DNA of 60,350 bases from a virus (lineage: Duplodnaviria; Caudoviricetes), in the IMG/VR virus record IMGVR_UViG_3300007735_000768, positions 1-60,350 of that record; one strand, written 5' to 3'. The position numbers and the translations under genes are program-made. Position 1 is the first letter of the stretch, and every line of letters begins with the position of its first letter. The notes under the pieces are model-generated. The model was not told the DNA's origin, did no database searches, and saw only the letters and a program-made list of their open reading frames with translations. Below are positions 47,795 through 56,773 of the stretch, piece after piece.

Positions 47795-48067
47795 ATGAGT
47801 GAAATTATTTTGGCAAACGGACAAACAGGACTTGACCTCGTTGCATCAATGACGAAAGAAATGCGTGAACATCAAGAGGCAATTGCGCGACTCTCAAAAG
47901 AACGAAAAAAGGTAGTTATAGCACTTCGAACTCAATTTGGTTCAGCAGAGTCAACAGAGCGCGTGACATTTAAAAAAATTGCAGAGGCTATGGGAACGAC
48001 CGATCAAAGCGTCTACAAAATACTTTTCCCACCAACAAAGAAAAAATCCGATTCGATTTCTGAATGA
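47795..48067 (+). CDS. Helix-turn-helix DNA-binding protein
   Basis: TFKKIAEAMGTTDQSVYKIL. Confidence 0.75.
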   Translation: MSEIILANGQTGLDLVASMTKEMREHQEAIARLSKERKKVVIALRTQFGSAESTERVTFKKIAEAMGTTDQSVYKILFPPTKKKSDSISE

Positions 48068-49236
48068 CCATGACTTCAAATTTGCAAGGCGAGAATGTTG
48101 ACATCGCCTCGCTAGAATCATTTCCAAATAACCCCCGTATAGGCGATCTCGGGACAATTAAAGAAAGTCTGAGGCGATTGGGTCAGTATCGTCCGATCGT
48201 CGTTCACAAGGCAACACGACGCGTCTTAGCGGGACATCATGTATGGCAAGCGGCAAAAGATTTAGGTTGGGAAACGATCGCAGTTACTTGGGTTGATGGC
48301 GATGAAACATTCTGCAAGAAAGTAGTCCTTGCCGATAATCGAACAGCCGATCTAGGCAGTTATCAAAACGCGGTATTGACAGACCTTCTGCGCTCGCTAC
48401 CCGACTTGATCGCAACAGGTTATGACGCAATTCCAAGAACGCTAGACAAAGAACTTGCATTTACAAAACCTGCACCACGCGAAACAAAACCACGCAAAAA
48501 AGTCATTTGCGGATCATTAAATTACAAAGTTGATCATCTTGCGTGGGAAATATGGCACGATCAAATTTTTGAAGAGTGCGGTGGACAGAAAGTAAAGATT
48601 CCTCGTCAAATAGGAAGTCGACTTGGCATTGAACTCACAACAAAAGCAAAGAATCGCAAACTTAAATTTTCTAACGAAGCAACTATGGCGATTATCGAAA
48701 CACAAGAATTGCCAATTGACTCAGTAGAGCCGTTTTATCGAAATGCGCGAGAGGGTGACATAGGCGCAATTTGTGAGAGCCTTTCAACGCTAGGACAATT
48801 CAGACCTATTGTTGTCAATCGTCGAACACGCGAAATACTGGTCGGTAACCATACATGGGCGGCGGCAAAAGCATTGAAATGGAAAACGATCGCAGTAAGT
48901 TGGGTGGATGTAGATGAAGAAACTGCAACTCGTATTGTTCTTGTTGATAATCGTTCAACCGATCTTGCGACCTACGATGAAGCATTGCTTCGTCAAACTA
49001 TGGTCAACATCGACCTTCAAGGAACTGGTTGGGATTTGGAAGAAATGAATGATTTGTTTTCTGGAATGGAAACACGACCAAAAGCGACAAAACGCATCAA
49101 ATTAAAAGTGGGACAATATCTCGTACCAGTCGAGTCAGAGGCATTACTTGAATGGATAGACAAGTTACCCGAAGGTAAAGAAATTGAACATATAGCGAAT
49201 TTACTATTGCTACCTATCTCAGAATTACCAAACTAG
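48064..49236 (+). CDS. Protein with two tandem ParB/Srx-like N-terminal domains
   Basis: NPR.GD....ESL..LGQYRPIVV...LAGHH and NAREGD....ESL..LGQFRPIVV...LVGNH, each ending LxDNR. Confidence 0.85.
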   Translation: MTMTSNLQGENVDIASLESFPNNPRIGDLGTIKESLRRLGQYRPIVVHKATRRVLAGHHVWQAAKDLGWETIAVTWVDGDETFCKKVVLADNRTADLGSYQNAVLTDLLRSLPDLIATGYDAIPRTLDKELAFTKPAPRETKPRKKVICGSLNYKVDHLAWEIWHDQIFEECGGQKVKIPRQIGSRLGIELTTKAKNRKLKFSNEATMAIIETQELPIDSVEPFYRNAREGDIGAICESLSTLGQFRPIVVNRRTREILVGNHTWAAAKALKWKTIAVSWVDVDEETATRIVLVDNRSTDLATYDEALLRQTMVNIDLQGTGWDLEEMNDLFSGMETRPKATKRIKLKVGQYLVPVESEALLEWIDKLPEGKEIEHIANLLLLPISELPN

Positions 49237-49250
49237 GGTAGGGTTCAACA

Positions 49251-50078
49251 ATGAGAATGACTTTCGCATTAGGCACTTCGCCTACGCACTCAGCGATCAT
49301 CAACGAAATTCAACCAAAAAACATTCTTGTGGCGTTCCCATATGCAAAAGCATTAGACACTCTCACTTACAAACCTGAATATGTCATGACCGACTCAGGC
49401 GCGTTCACAGCATGGAATGTGGGCAAGAAAGTGGACATAGTGGCATATGCGGATTGGGCGTTGTCACAGCAAGCAAAGTTTCCACGCGTCTTGTCAGTTA
49501 ACTTAGATGTGATTCCGGGCGAGAAAGGTCGAACTTCAACTGCCAAAGAACGAATTGACGGCATGAAGCAATCGATCAAAAATGCAGATTACTTACGCGC
49601 TCGCGGTTTGAATGTCATGGAAGTGTTTCATCAAGACGAACCAAAAGAGTTTTTAAATGAGTTAGTTGATCGTTTGCCAAAAGATTCAGTTTTAGGCATC
49701 TCACCTCGTAACGATAAGCATTTGAAAGCCAAAGTCGAGTGGCAAGCCGTTGTCATGCGCTCGCTGATCGAAAAGTGCGGCAAAGAAAACTTGCCTCGAA
49801 CTCATGGATTAGCGGTAACAAGCATTGAAATGTTACGCAATTTTCCCTACTATTCTGGTGATTCATCAACATGGGTTAACCCTTTCCGCTATGGCGGTTA
49901 TGTAGATGAGCGCGGAAGAATTGTGGGAATTGACACGATCATGAGCAAGCGACCTAGCGGTAGCGAGTCAAATGATGCGCTTCATTTCTTTGCAAGGGAA
50001 AGTATCTACAACTTAATTCGTGTAGGCGACGCTATGACTTCATTGTGGAGTAAGCGTGGAATCGACTGGAAGGACTAA
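49251..50078 (+). CDS. dpdA: DpdA-like DNA guanine transglycosylase (TGT fold)
   Basis: DSGAF, NLDVI, VFH, HGLAVT, SGDSSTW; adjacent to que genes. Confidence 0.75.
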   Translation: MRMTFALGTSPTHSAIINEIQPKNILVAFPYAKALDTLTYKPEYVMTDSGAFTAWNVGKKVDIVAYADWALSQQAKFPRVLSVNLDVIPGEKGRTSTAKERIDGMKQSIKNADYLRARGLNVMEVFHQDEPKEFLNELVDRLPKDSVLGISPRNDKHLKAKVEWQAVVMRSLIEKCGKENLPRTHGLAVTSIEMLRNFPYYSGDSSTWVNPFRYGGYVDERGRIVGIDTIMSKRPSGSESNDALHFFARESIYNLIRVGDAMTSLWSKRGIDWKD

Positions 50079-50079
50079 A

Positions 50080-50760
50080 ATGGCAAAAACACCTGCATTG
50101 GTGATCAAGAATATTCCGATCAACGAAATTGATCCGAATCCTTGGAATCCCAACAAACAAAATGAACGCCAATACCAAGCGGAAATTGAATCTATTGCCG
50201 AAAACGGATTCCTTGCGCCTATTTTGGTTCGCGAAAATGGCGACCGCCACGAAATTATTGATGGTGAACATAGGTGGAAAGCATTGCGTCAGATTGCAGA
50301 AGATGGGGTCGACGCAAAACAAAATGTTCCTGAATTGATCAAAGCGGGAACTATTCCTGCCATTGTGATCGATGTCAACGATATTCAAGCAAAGAAGTTA
50401 ACGATCATCATGAACGAAACTCGCGGTCGTGCCGATCTTGCCGACCTTGGTGCATTACTTCAAGAAATCTCAGTTGACTTAGGCGATGATTTGCTGATCG
50501 GTTTGCCATATACCGATGGACAACTCAAAGAACTAATGGGCATGGCTGACTTTGACTGGGATCAATTTGAAAAAGGCGCATCAGATAAAGAATTTGATAA
50601 TGCAGACGGAGATGGTTTCCGCGTGACCGCACTTCTGAATGAAGAAGATGAGGCGCGTTGGAAGGGTTATCTAGCACAGTTGCGTGGCGACTTGCCTGAT
50701 GAACCAAAAGAACAAGCAGGGGCGTTGATCGCGCACTTGATGAATAAAGCAGGACTATAA
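50080..50760 (+). CDS. ParB/Srx-like domain protein; start revised to 50080
   Basis: PNPWNPN, GF..PILV, IIDGEHRW, N.TRG. Confidence 0.85.
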   Translation: MAKTPALVIKNIPINEIDPNPWNPNKQNERQYQAEIESIAENGFLAPILVRENGDRHEIIDGEHRWKALRQIAEDGVDAKQNVPELIKAGTIPAIVIDVNDIQAKKLTIIMNETRGRADLADLGALLQEISVDLGDDLLIGLPYTDGQLKELMGMADFDWDQFEKGASDKEFDNADGDGFRVTALLNEEDEARWKGYLAQLRGDLPDEPKEQAGALIAHLMNKAGL

Positions 50761-50804
50761 CCGAGGTATCTAGGAAACCCTCACTATAAAAAACAGGAGA
50801 TAAA

Positions 50805-51233
50805 ATGACACAAACAGATCACTTGACCGTTCTTGGTCAAAGAGTAGAAGGATCACTAACAAAAGATCAGTTGGAATTTTTTCCAGCACCCGAGCATGTT
50901 GATCATGTCAAGTTTGAGACGCGTGAATTCACTTCATTGTGTCCTGTAACCGATCAACCCGATCTTTACACAGTAATAATTGAATACTCACCTAACGGGC
51001 GTTGCGTTGAGTCAAAGTCACTCAAGTTATATCTTGGGCAATGGCGAAACAAAGGCATCTTTGGCGAGGCGATCACAGCACAGATTGCATCTGATTTATT
51101 TGAAGTATTGGACGCGGGTTGGGTTGAAGTTAAGACGATTCAGCAAGCGCGTGGCGGTTTGGTTATGACAGCAGTTGCTTCACGATCAAAGGGTTACAAG
51201 TTGGAAGATGGAGAGTTGGTGCCAAATGCCTAA
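50805..51233 (+). CDS. queF: preQ0 reductase QueF (type I)
   Basis: EFTSLCPVTDQPD, ESKSLKLY QueF motif, RGG. Confidence 0.9.
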   Translation: MTQTDHLTVLGQRVEGSLTKDQLEFFPAPEHVDHVKFETREFTSLCPVTDQPDLYTVIIEYSPNGRCVESKSLKLYLGQWRNKGIFGEAITAQIASDLFEVLDAGWVEVKTIQQARGGLVMTAVASRSKGYKLEDGELVPNA

Positions 51234-51939
51234 AGCCGCAGTTGTCGCATCAGGCGGCATGGATAGTGCAACACTCGCATGGCATTACTACTCAAAAGGC
51301 TATGACATTCATCTGATCGGTTTTAATTATGGTCAGCGACATGTCAAAGAACTTGATTATCTACAAAAGATCGCGTTTGCAATTGAAGCAGATTTCACGA
51401 TCGTAGACATGGGATTCATGGCAGATTTGCTTCATGGATCATCATTGACAACTGACGGGGGCGAAGTTCCTGATGGGCATTACCGAGAAGAAACAATGAG
51501 AGCAACTGTTGTGCCTAATCGAAATGCGATCATGTTGTCTATTGCAACGGGCATAGCGGTCGCGGAACAATGTGAAGTTGTGGCAACTGGAATCCATTCA
51601 GGCGATCACTACATCTATCCTGATTGCCGTCCGTCATTCTTTGAACCTCTACAAGCCGCGTTTAAGGCTGGAACAGAAGGACATTCATTGCCTGATTTCC
51701 GTCTTGAAGCACCATTTATCGATAAGACAAAAGCAGACATTGCGGCTTATGGAAATGAATTAGGTGTTGATTACACAATTACTTGGTCATGCTACAAGGG
51801 CGGCGAAGAACATTGTGGTCGTTGTGGAACATGCGTTGAACGCATTGAAGCATTTATTGACGCAGGAGTTAAAGACCCAACCGATTATGCAGAGGGCATT
51901 GAATTCGCGCTCGCCGAAATCGAAAAGCGCCGTGTTTAG
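51226..51939 (+). CDS. queC: 7-cyano-7-deazaguanine synthase; start revised to 51226
   Basis: SGGMDS, YGQRH, VPNRN, YPDCR, TWSCY..CGRCGTC. Confidence 0.95.
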   Translation: MPKAAVVASGGMDSATLAWHYYSKGYDIHLIGFNYGQRHVKELDYLQKIAFAIEADFTIVDMGFMADLLHGSSLTTDGGEVPDGHYREETMRATVVPNRNAIMLSIATGIAVAEQCEVVATGIHSGDHYIYPDCRPSFFEPLQAAFKAGTEGHSLPDFRLEAPFIDKTKADIAAYGNELGVDYTITWSCYKGGEEHCGRCGTCVERIEAFIDAGVKDPTDYAEGIEFALAEIEKRRV

Positions 51940-52375
51940 ATCCACAAAGCGTTATGGTCATGAAGTAGGTTTCAGTTGCGCGTTCCGTCAATGGAAAGCC
52001 GACTCTCATTGCAACCGACTTCATGGCTATGCGCTTGCCTTCACATTCACTTTTGAGGCAACCGAACTTGATCATCGCAATTGGGTAGTTGACTTTGGCG
52101 GTTTGAAAGCATTGAAGAATATGCTGGAAAAAACCTTTGATCATAAAACAGTTGTAGCGGAAGATGATCCTTATTTATTTGAATTACAGAATCTTGATCG
52201 ATTAGGAGTTCTTGATCTTGTTGTGCTTCCTGCAACAGGATGCGAGAAATTCGCGGCACTTGCCTACGAACTTGCAATGGAAGTTTTAAAGCGTGACGGA
52301 TTCTACCCGCGTTGTCGAGTTGTGAAAGTAGAGGTAGCAGAACATGGCGCGAATTCTGCAATTTACATCCCATGA
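51932..52375 (+). CDS. queD: 6-carboxytetrahydropterin synthase; GTG start 51932
   Basis: HCNRLHGY, WVVDFG.LK, FDH, GCE, VAEH. Confidence 0.9.
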   Translation: MFRSTKRYGHEVGFSCAFRQWKADSHCNRLHGYALAFTFTFEATELDHRNWVVDFGGLKALKNMLEKTFDHKTVVAEDDPYLFELQNLDRLGVLDLVVLPATGCEKFAALAYELAMEVLKRDGFYPRCRVVKVEVAEHGANSAIYIP

Positions 52376-53091
52376 CAACTGAAACGCCCAACAGAGAGCG
52401 TTGGGTGAATATCAACGAAGTATTTGGACCCACAATCCAAGGCGAAGGTATTCACACAGGGCAACGCGTCGGATTTGTTCGATTAGCAGGGTGCAACCTT
52501 GCATGCTCATGGTGTGATACGCCTTATTCATGGGATTGGGACAGATTTGATCGTAAAGAGGAATCTCATAAAACGCTGATCAGCGAACTTGCTACTCAGA
52601 TAAAAAACATGGGCGTTGATCGCATCATCTTGACTGGTGGTGAACCTATGTTGCAACAAACGGCAATATGGGATTTAAAAGCATCGATCGGTGACATAGA
52701 CATAGACATTGAAACCAATGGAACGATCTTGCCTAACATCAAAACGATCAACGCGGTAGACATGTTCTGCGTTAGCCCGAAACTTGCCCATGGTGGCGAT
52801 TTGCTGGAAGTTCGACGAACCAAAGCACTTGAAGCCTTTTCATACATAGCGGGGGAAGGTCGAGCGATATTCAAGTTTGTTTGCCAATGGGCATCTGACT
52901 TTGATGAAATAGACGAGATCATTACTCAATTCAAAATCCCGCGCAACGCAGTTTGGATTATGCCCGAAGGCGTGACACAACTTGCTCAAATGGAAACAAT
53001 GCACCGACTCGCAGATGAGGCGATCAATAGAGGTTTCAATATCTCACCACGCCTTCATGTGCTTATTTGGAATACGGAACGAGGACGCTAA
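52372..53091 (+). CDS. queE: 7-carboxy-7-deazaguanine synthase (radical SAM); start revised to 52372
   Basis: TIQGEG, CNLACSWCDT, TGGEP, IETNG, VSPK, RLH. Confidence 0.95.
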   Translation: MTTETPNRERWVNINEVFGPTIQGEGIHTGQRVGFVRLAGCNLACSWCDTPYSWDWDRFDRKEESHKTLISELATQIKNMGVDRIILTGGEPMLQQTAIWDLKASIGDIDIDIETNGTILPNIKTINAVDMFCVSPKLAHGGDLLEVRRTKALEAFSYIAGEGRAIFKFVCQWASDFDEIDEIITQFKIPRNAVWIMPEGVTQLAQMETMHRLADEAINRGFNISPRLHVLIWNTERGR

Positions 53092-53649
53092 ATGGCAGTA
53101 GATGTTGAAAAGATTGAGGCTCTCACGCGTGAGTTGCTCATTGCAATAGGTGAAGACCCCGATCGTGAAGGCATAATCGATACTCCTAAACGCTACGCAA
53201 AATGGTGGAAAGAGTTTATGGATTATGACGCGGGAAAGGTTGAAACAGCGTTTGAGATTCAAAATAGTGATCAAATGGTTGCTGTTAGAGGCATGAAGGT
53301 ATGGTCGCTTTGTGAACATCATCTATTGCCGTTTAGTGCAACAGTCAGCATTGGATATATTCCAAATGATCGTGTTCTAGGACTTTCTAAGTTTGCTCGC
53401 GTCGCTCATGAACAAGCACACAAATTGCAACTTCAAGAACGCCTTGTGACAGACATTGCCGATCGTTTAAGCATGATCATGAACACCGAGAACATTGCGG
53501 TCGTTGCAGACGGCTCGCACTCTTGTATGACCATGAGAGGGGTTAGAACAGAGGGAAGTATGAGAACATCAGTTATGCGTGGTGTGTTTAGAGATGAACA
53601 TGAAACACGCGCTGAGTTCCTTAACCTTGTTTCTAATTCAGGAAACTAA
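53092..53649 (+). CDS. folE: GTP cyclohydrolase I
   Basis: TPKR, SLCEHHLLPF, GLSK, QERL, HSCMTMRGV. Confidence 0.95.
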   Translation: MAVDVEKIEALTRELLIAIGEDPDREGIIDTPKRYAKWWKEFMDYDAGKVETAFEIQNSDQMVAVRGMKVWSLCEHHLLPFSATVSIGYIPNDRVLGLSKFARVAHEQAHKLQLQERLVTDIADRLSMIMNTENIAVVADGSHSCMTMRGVRTEGSMRTSVMRGVFRDEHETRAEFLNLVSNSGN

Positions 53650-53668
53650 ACGGGAGTAGACTTACCAA

Positions 53669-54169
53669 ATGGCAAAGCGCACAGGACGCAAAGTAACCCC
53701 TGCAACAGATGTAAGGGTTGAGCGTCTGATCGAGGCATTGAAGGCTGGAAACTACCTTGAACATGCTTGCGATTACGCTGGGATCGGGAAATCAACTGTC
53801 TATCGATGGCTTGACAGAGGGCAACAGGAAGCAGAAAACATCGAACAAGGGTTGAAACCCGATCGCCATGAGAAGCAGTATGTAGAGTTATGGGACGCTA
53901 TAAAAAGGGCAAGGAGTGAGGCAACTGTCCGAAATGTTGCGTTAATTCAACAAGCGGCACGAAATGGAACATGGCAAGCGGCGGCATGGTGGCTTGAAAG
54001 AACCGCGCCTCAGCAATATGGGCGATCAGTTAGAGCAGAGGTTACGGGCGAGAATGGTGAACCTATCAAGGTGTCCGTTACAGTCAATGCTCTAGAAGCA
54101 AAGATCGCGGCGTTGATTGGAGAAATTGATGAGTCAAGCGATTCAGAAATTATTGACGCTACCGAGTGA
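53669..54169 (+). CDS. Terminase small subunit
   Basis: HTH ACDYAGIGKSTVYRW, WQAAAWWLER, EVTGENGEPI; precedes TerL. Confidence 0.8.
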   Translation: MAKRTGRKVTPATDVRVERLIEALKAGNYLEHACDYAGIGKSTVYRWLDRGQQEAENIEQGLKPDRHEKQYVELWDAIKRARSEATVRNVALIQQAARNGTWQAAAWWLERTAPQQYGRSVRAEVTGENGEPIKVSVTVNALEAKIAALIGEIDESSDSEIIDATE

Positions 54170-55739
54170 TCAACGAACCGAAATCCTCAAACGCCTCTCA
54201 TTTGAGGAACGAGAGTTATTAAGCACTTTCATTGAGGAAAAGCACAATAACCCTTACTCAAAGTATGAAGATGACCCGATCGGATTTGTCAACATTGCAT
54301 TAGGCGAAACTCTATGGTCAAAACAAAAAGAAATCCTTTTATCGCTTAAAGAGAATAAACGAACTGTTGTTCCTGCATGCCACGCCCCCGGAAAATCCCA
54401 TATAGCCGCCCGAGCGATCGCATGGTGGGTTGCTGTCCACCCTGTTGGCACAGCGCAAGTTGTCACGACCGCTACGACCTTTAGACAAGTTCGAAACATC
54501 TTATGGCCTCATATCCGCAAAGTCGCTCGCAAATTAGACCTTAAAGGCGAAGTCAACACAGTTGAGTGGAAGATCAATGGGGAAATGGTTGCCTATGGAT
54601 TCTCTGCATCAGATAACGATGAAACAGCAATTCAGGGTGTTCACGCACCACACTTGTTGATCGTTGTTGACGAGGCTGGTGGCATCTCGCCTATTTTGGG
54701 CGCGGCAATGGAATCACTTATGACTGGTGGTCATACTCGTTTGCTCATCTTAGGAAACCCGCCTACCGATCAAGAAGGATCATGGTTCGAGCGCACTTGT
54801 TCATCTGATTTATACAATGTCATTCCAATTGGCGCATATGACACACCAAACTTTACAGGCGAGGACGCTGGTTCATGTAAGTCATGTCCTGCAAATGTGC
54901 CACCGCATGCCGTTGCCACTCACCTTGTTGATCAAACATGGGTAGACGATGTGATCAAGGAGTTTGGTGAGGAATCTGCATTTGTTGAAGCGCGTGTCCA
55001 TGCTCGGTTCCCGTCTGTTGTTGCAAACAAAGTCATTCCGCTTTCATGGATTGAGGCGGCTGGTGAAAATGAGTTGCCTGAACAAGGTGCAATTCGAATA
55101 GGCGTGGATGTTGCGGCAGATGGCGGTGATGAGTTTGTTATTGCATGGGCTGATGGCATGCGTTGTTCGGTTCGTCATAAGTCAAGTGGCAAGTCAAATG
55201 CTAACGCCGTCGATGTTGCAGGAGTCATTCTTGAACAAATACTGGAAGCAGAACGCGTTCACAAGAGTAGGCAGATAAGTGATCAGGTTCGCGTCAAGAT
55301 CGATGCCATTGGTGTCGGTTGGGGCGTTGCGTCAGTTCTTAAAACATGGGGATTGGAACAAAGGCACAATTCAAAAATAGTTGCCGTGAATGTTGCAGAA
55401 CGCGCTCGCGATCATAACCGCATGTCTAACCAACGCGCCGAAATGTGGTGGAACGCTCGCCAATTGCTACAACCAAAACCTGACGGCACACAAGATGTTC
55501 GACTTGACATTGATCACCGCGCAAATGCACAACTTACAGGACCGACATATTCGAGCGATTCATCAGGACGCATTAAGATCGAGTCAAAGGCTGAAATGAA
55601 ACGACGCGGAATCCCGTCACCTGACCGCGCAGAAGCCGTTTTGCTATCACTCTACGATCCCCCTGGGTCGATGTCGCCCGATATTGCTATGCCTGTTTCG
55701 TTCAAACAAGGCAACGATTGGGATTTGGGCAAATTCTAA
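54129..55739 (+). CDS. Terminase large subunit; start revised to 54129
   Basis: Walker A HAPGKS, Walker B IVVDEAGG, GNP, nuclease GVDVA and SPDRAEA. Confidence 0.92.
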   Translation: MSQAIQKLLTLPSDQRTEILKRLSFEERELLSTFIEEKHNNPYSKYEDDPIGFVNIALGETLWSKQKEILLSLKENKRTVVPACHAPGKSHIAARAIAWWVAVHPVGTAQVVTTATTFRQVRNILWPHIRKVARKLDLKGEVNTVEWKINGEMVAYGFSASDNDETAIQGVHAPHLLIVVDEAGGISPILGAAMESLMTGGHTRLLILGNPPTDQEGSWFERTCSSDLYNVIPIGAYDTPNFTGEDAGSCKSCPANVPPHAVATHLVDQTWVDDVIKEFGEESAFVEARVHARFPSVVANKVIPLSWIEAAGENELPEQGAIRIGVDVAADGGDEFVIAWADGMRCSVRHKSSGKSNANAVDVAGVILEQILEAERVHKSRQISDQVRVKIDAIGVGWGVASVLKTWGLEQRHNSKIVAVNVAERARDHNRMSNQRAEMWWNARQLLQPKPDGTQDVRLDIDHRANAQLTGPTYSSDSSGRIKIESKAEMKRRGIPSPDRAEAVLLSLYDPPGSMSPDIAMPVSFKQGNDWDLGKF

Positions 55740-55742
55740 AAA

Positions 55743-55928
55743 ACCTGCACCTTTTCTAAAAAACCTGCACCCACACTTTTGCTCACGCGTAACGAAAAAG
55801 ACTACCTGCGCCCACACCGCAAAACCTGCACCCACAGCAACCATACTTAAATTCCACGCGTAAATTCAGAAATAAAACCTGCGCCCATACTCGACTTTTA
55901 CGCGTAAATAGAAAGTTAACCTGCGCCC
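55743..55928. repeat. Array of six ACCTGCRCC(C) direct repeats with three ACGCGTAA
   Basis: Copies at 55743, 55763, 55804, 55824, 55877, 55919. Confidence 0.85.
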
Positions 55929-56034
55929 ATACTCAATTCTTTACCCATACTTTGAAACACGCTTAAAAATGATCATTGATTTCTGACACAACGGGCGTTA
56001 TGCTTTGCAAAACCTATCCACGAGGGAGTAACAA

Positions 56035-56331
56035 ATGGCACAAGAAAACATCATTGAATTAAAGAACCTAGATGATCATGCACTTGATTACTGGCGTTTC
56101 TTTCTTGAAGATCAAAAAACAAACATTATTAAGGCAGACGACTTTCGATTTGTCTTTTATGCAGATCGCGAACTTGGCGATGCACAAGCAAGGACTTTTA
56201 CCGACGGCGAGCGCGGATTAACCGATGCAGAATGGGAAAAGGCAAAACTATCGATCAACCAAGATCGAATTGATCAGATCATTACTGACATGTTCTCAGA
56301 CGCAATTTATGAAGCGGTGATGATCAAATGA
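56035..56331 (+). CDS. Hypothetical early protein
   Basis: CCACGAGGGAG box at 56018. Confidence 0.65.
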   Translation: MAQENIIELKNLDDHALDYWRFFLEDQKTNIIKADDFRFVFYADRELGDAQARTFTDGERGLTDAEWEKAKLSINQDRIDQIITDMFSDAIYEAVMIK

Positions 56332-56504
56332 GTGGAGTTTCACTTTTAGTTAAATGGTATGCAATGGGAGTCGAAGGCAATGGAACGCCTTGGTTAGAAA
56401 CTTTTGTTGCGCCCGATCGTAAAGACAAAGCCTACGAAATACTCGAAAGGTTGGTTAAAGATAAACCTTGTTGCACAGTCATCGCTTTGGAAAAGATGAA
56501 GTAG
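56328..56504 (+). CDS. Small hypothetical protein (58 aa, not in ORF track)
   Basis: ATGA overlap with previous gene. Confidence 0.45.
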   Translation: MSGVSLLVKWYAMGVEGNGTPWLETFVAPDRKDKAYEILERLVKDKPCCTVIALEKMK

Positions 56505-56557
56505 ACACATCCTTTCCTTCTCGGGGCAAAACAGGCGGAGTAACCTTTTACGCGGGG

Positions 56558-56773
56558 TTACTCCGTCTTTGCTTTGTTCCAATGATGAAATGACTTGATA
56601 TAAACAGAGGCGTAGGCGATCGCGGCAAATAAGAATCCATACTGCTTAGTTGTGATCGCATAGATTGACCAAAGGACTTCGTTTGTGATCAAGACGAGCC
56701 AACCCCATATAGTTTTTCTACCAACAAAATAAATCCCAGTTATGCCTACAAGTCCTAACACCCATGACCACAT
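56558..56773 (-). CDS. Small PnuC-like membrane protein
   Basis: Three hydrophobic segments, RKTIWGWLV..NEVLW.IYA....YG. Confidence 0.6.
   Translation of the reverse strand: MWSWVLGLVGITGIYFVGRKTIWGWLVLITNEVLWSIYAITTKQYGFLFAAIAYASVYIKSFHHWNKAKTE

Noticed and set aside
50805-51233. QueF-like amidinotransferase producing dG+
   Set aside because: The ESKSLKLY NADPH-binding QueF motif is present, favouring a true reductase; no Gat-QueC fusion
55743-55928. CRISPR array
   Set aside because: Repeats only 9-10 nt, irregular spacing, spacers similar to each other, no cas genes
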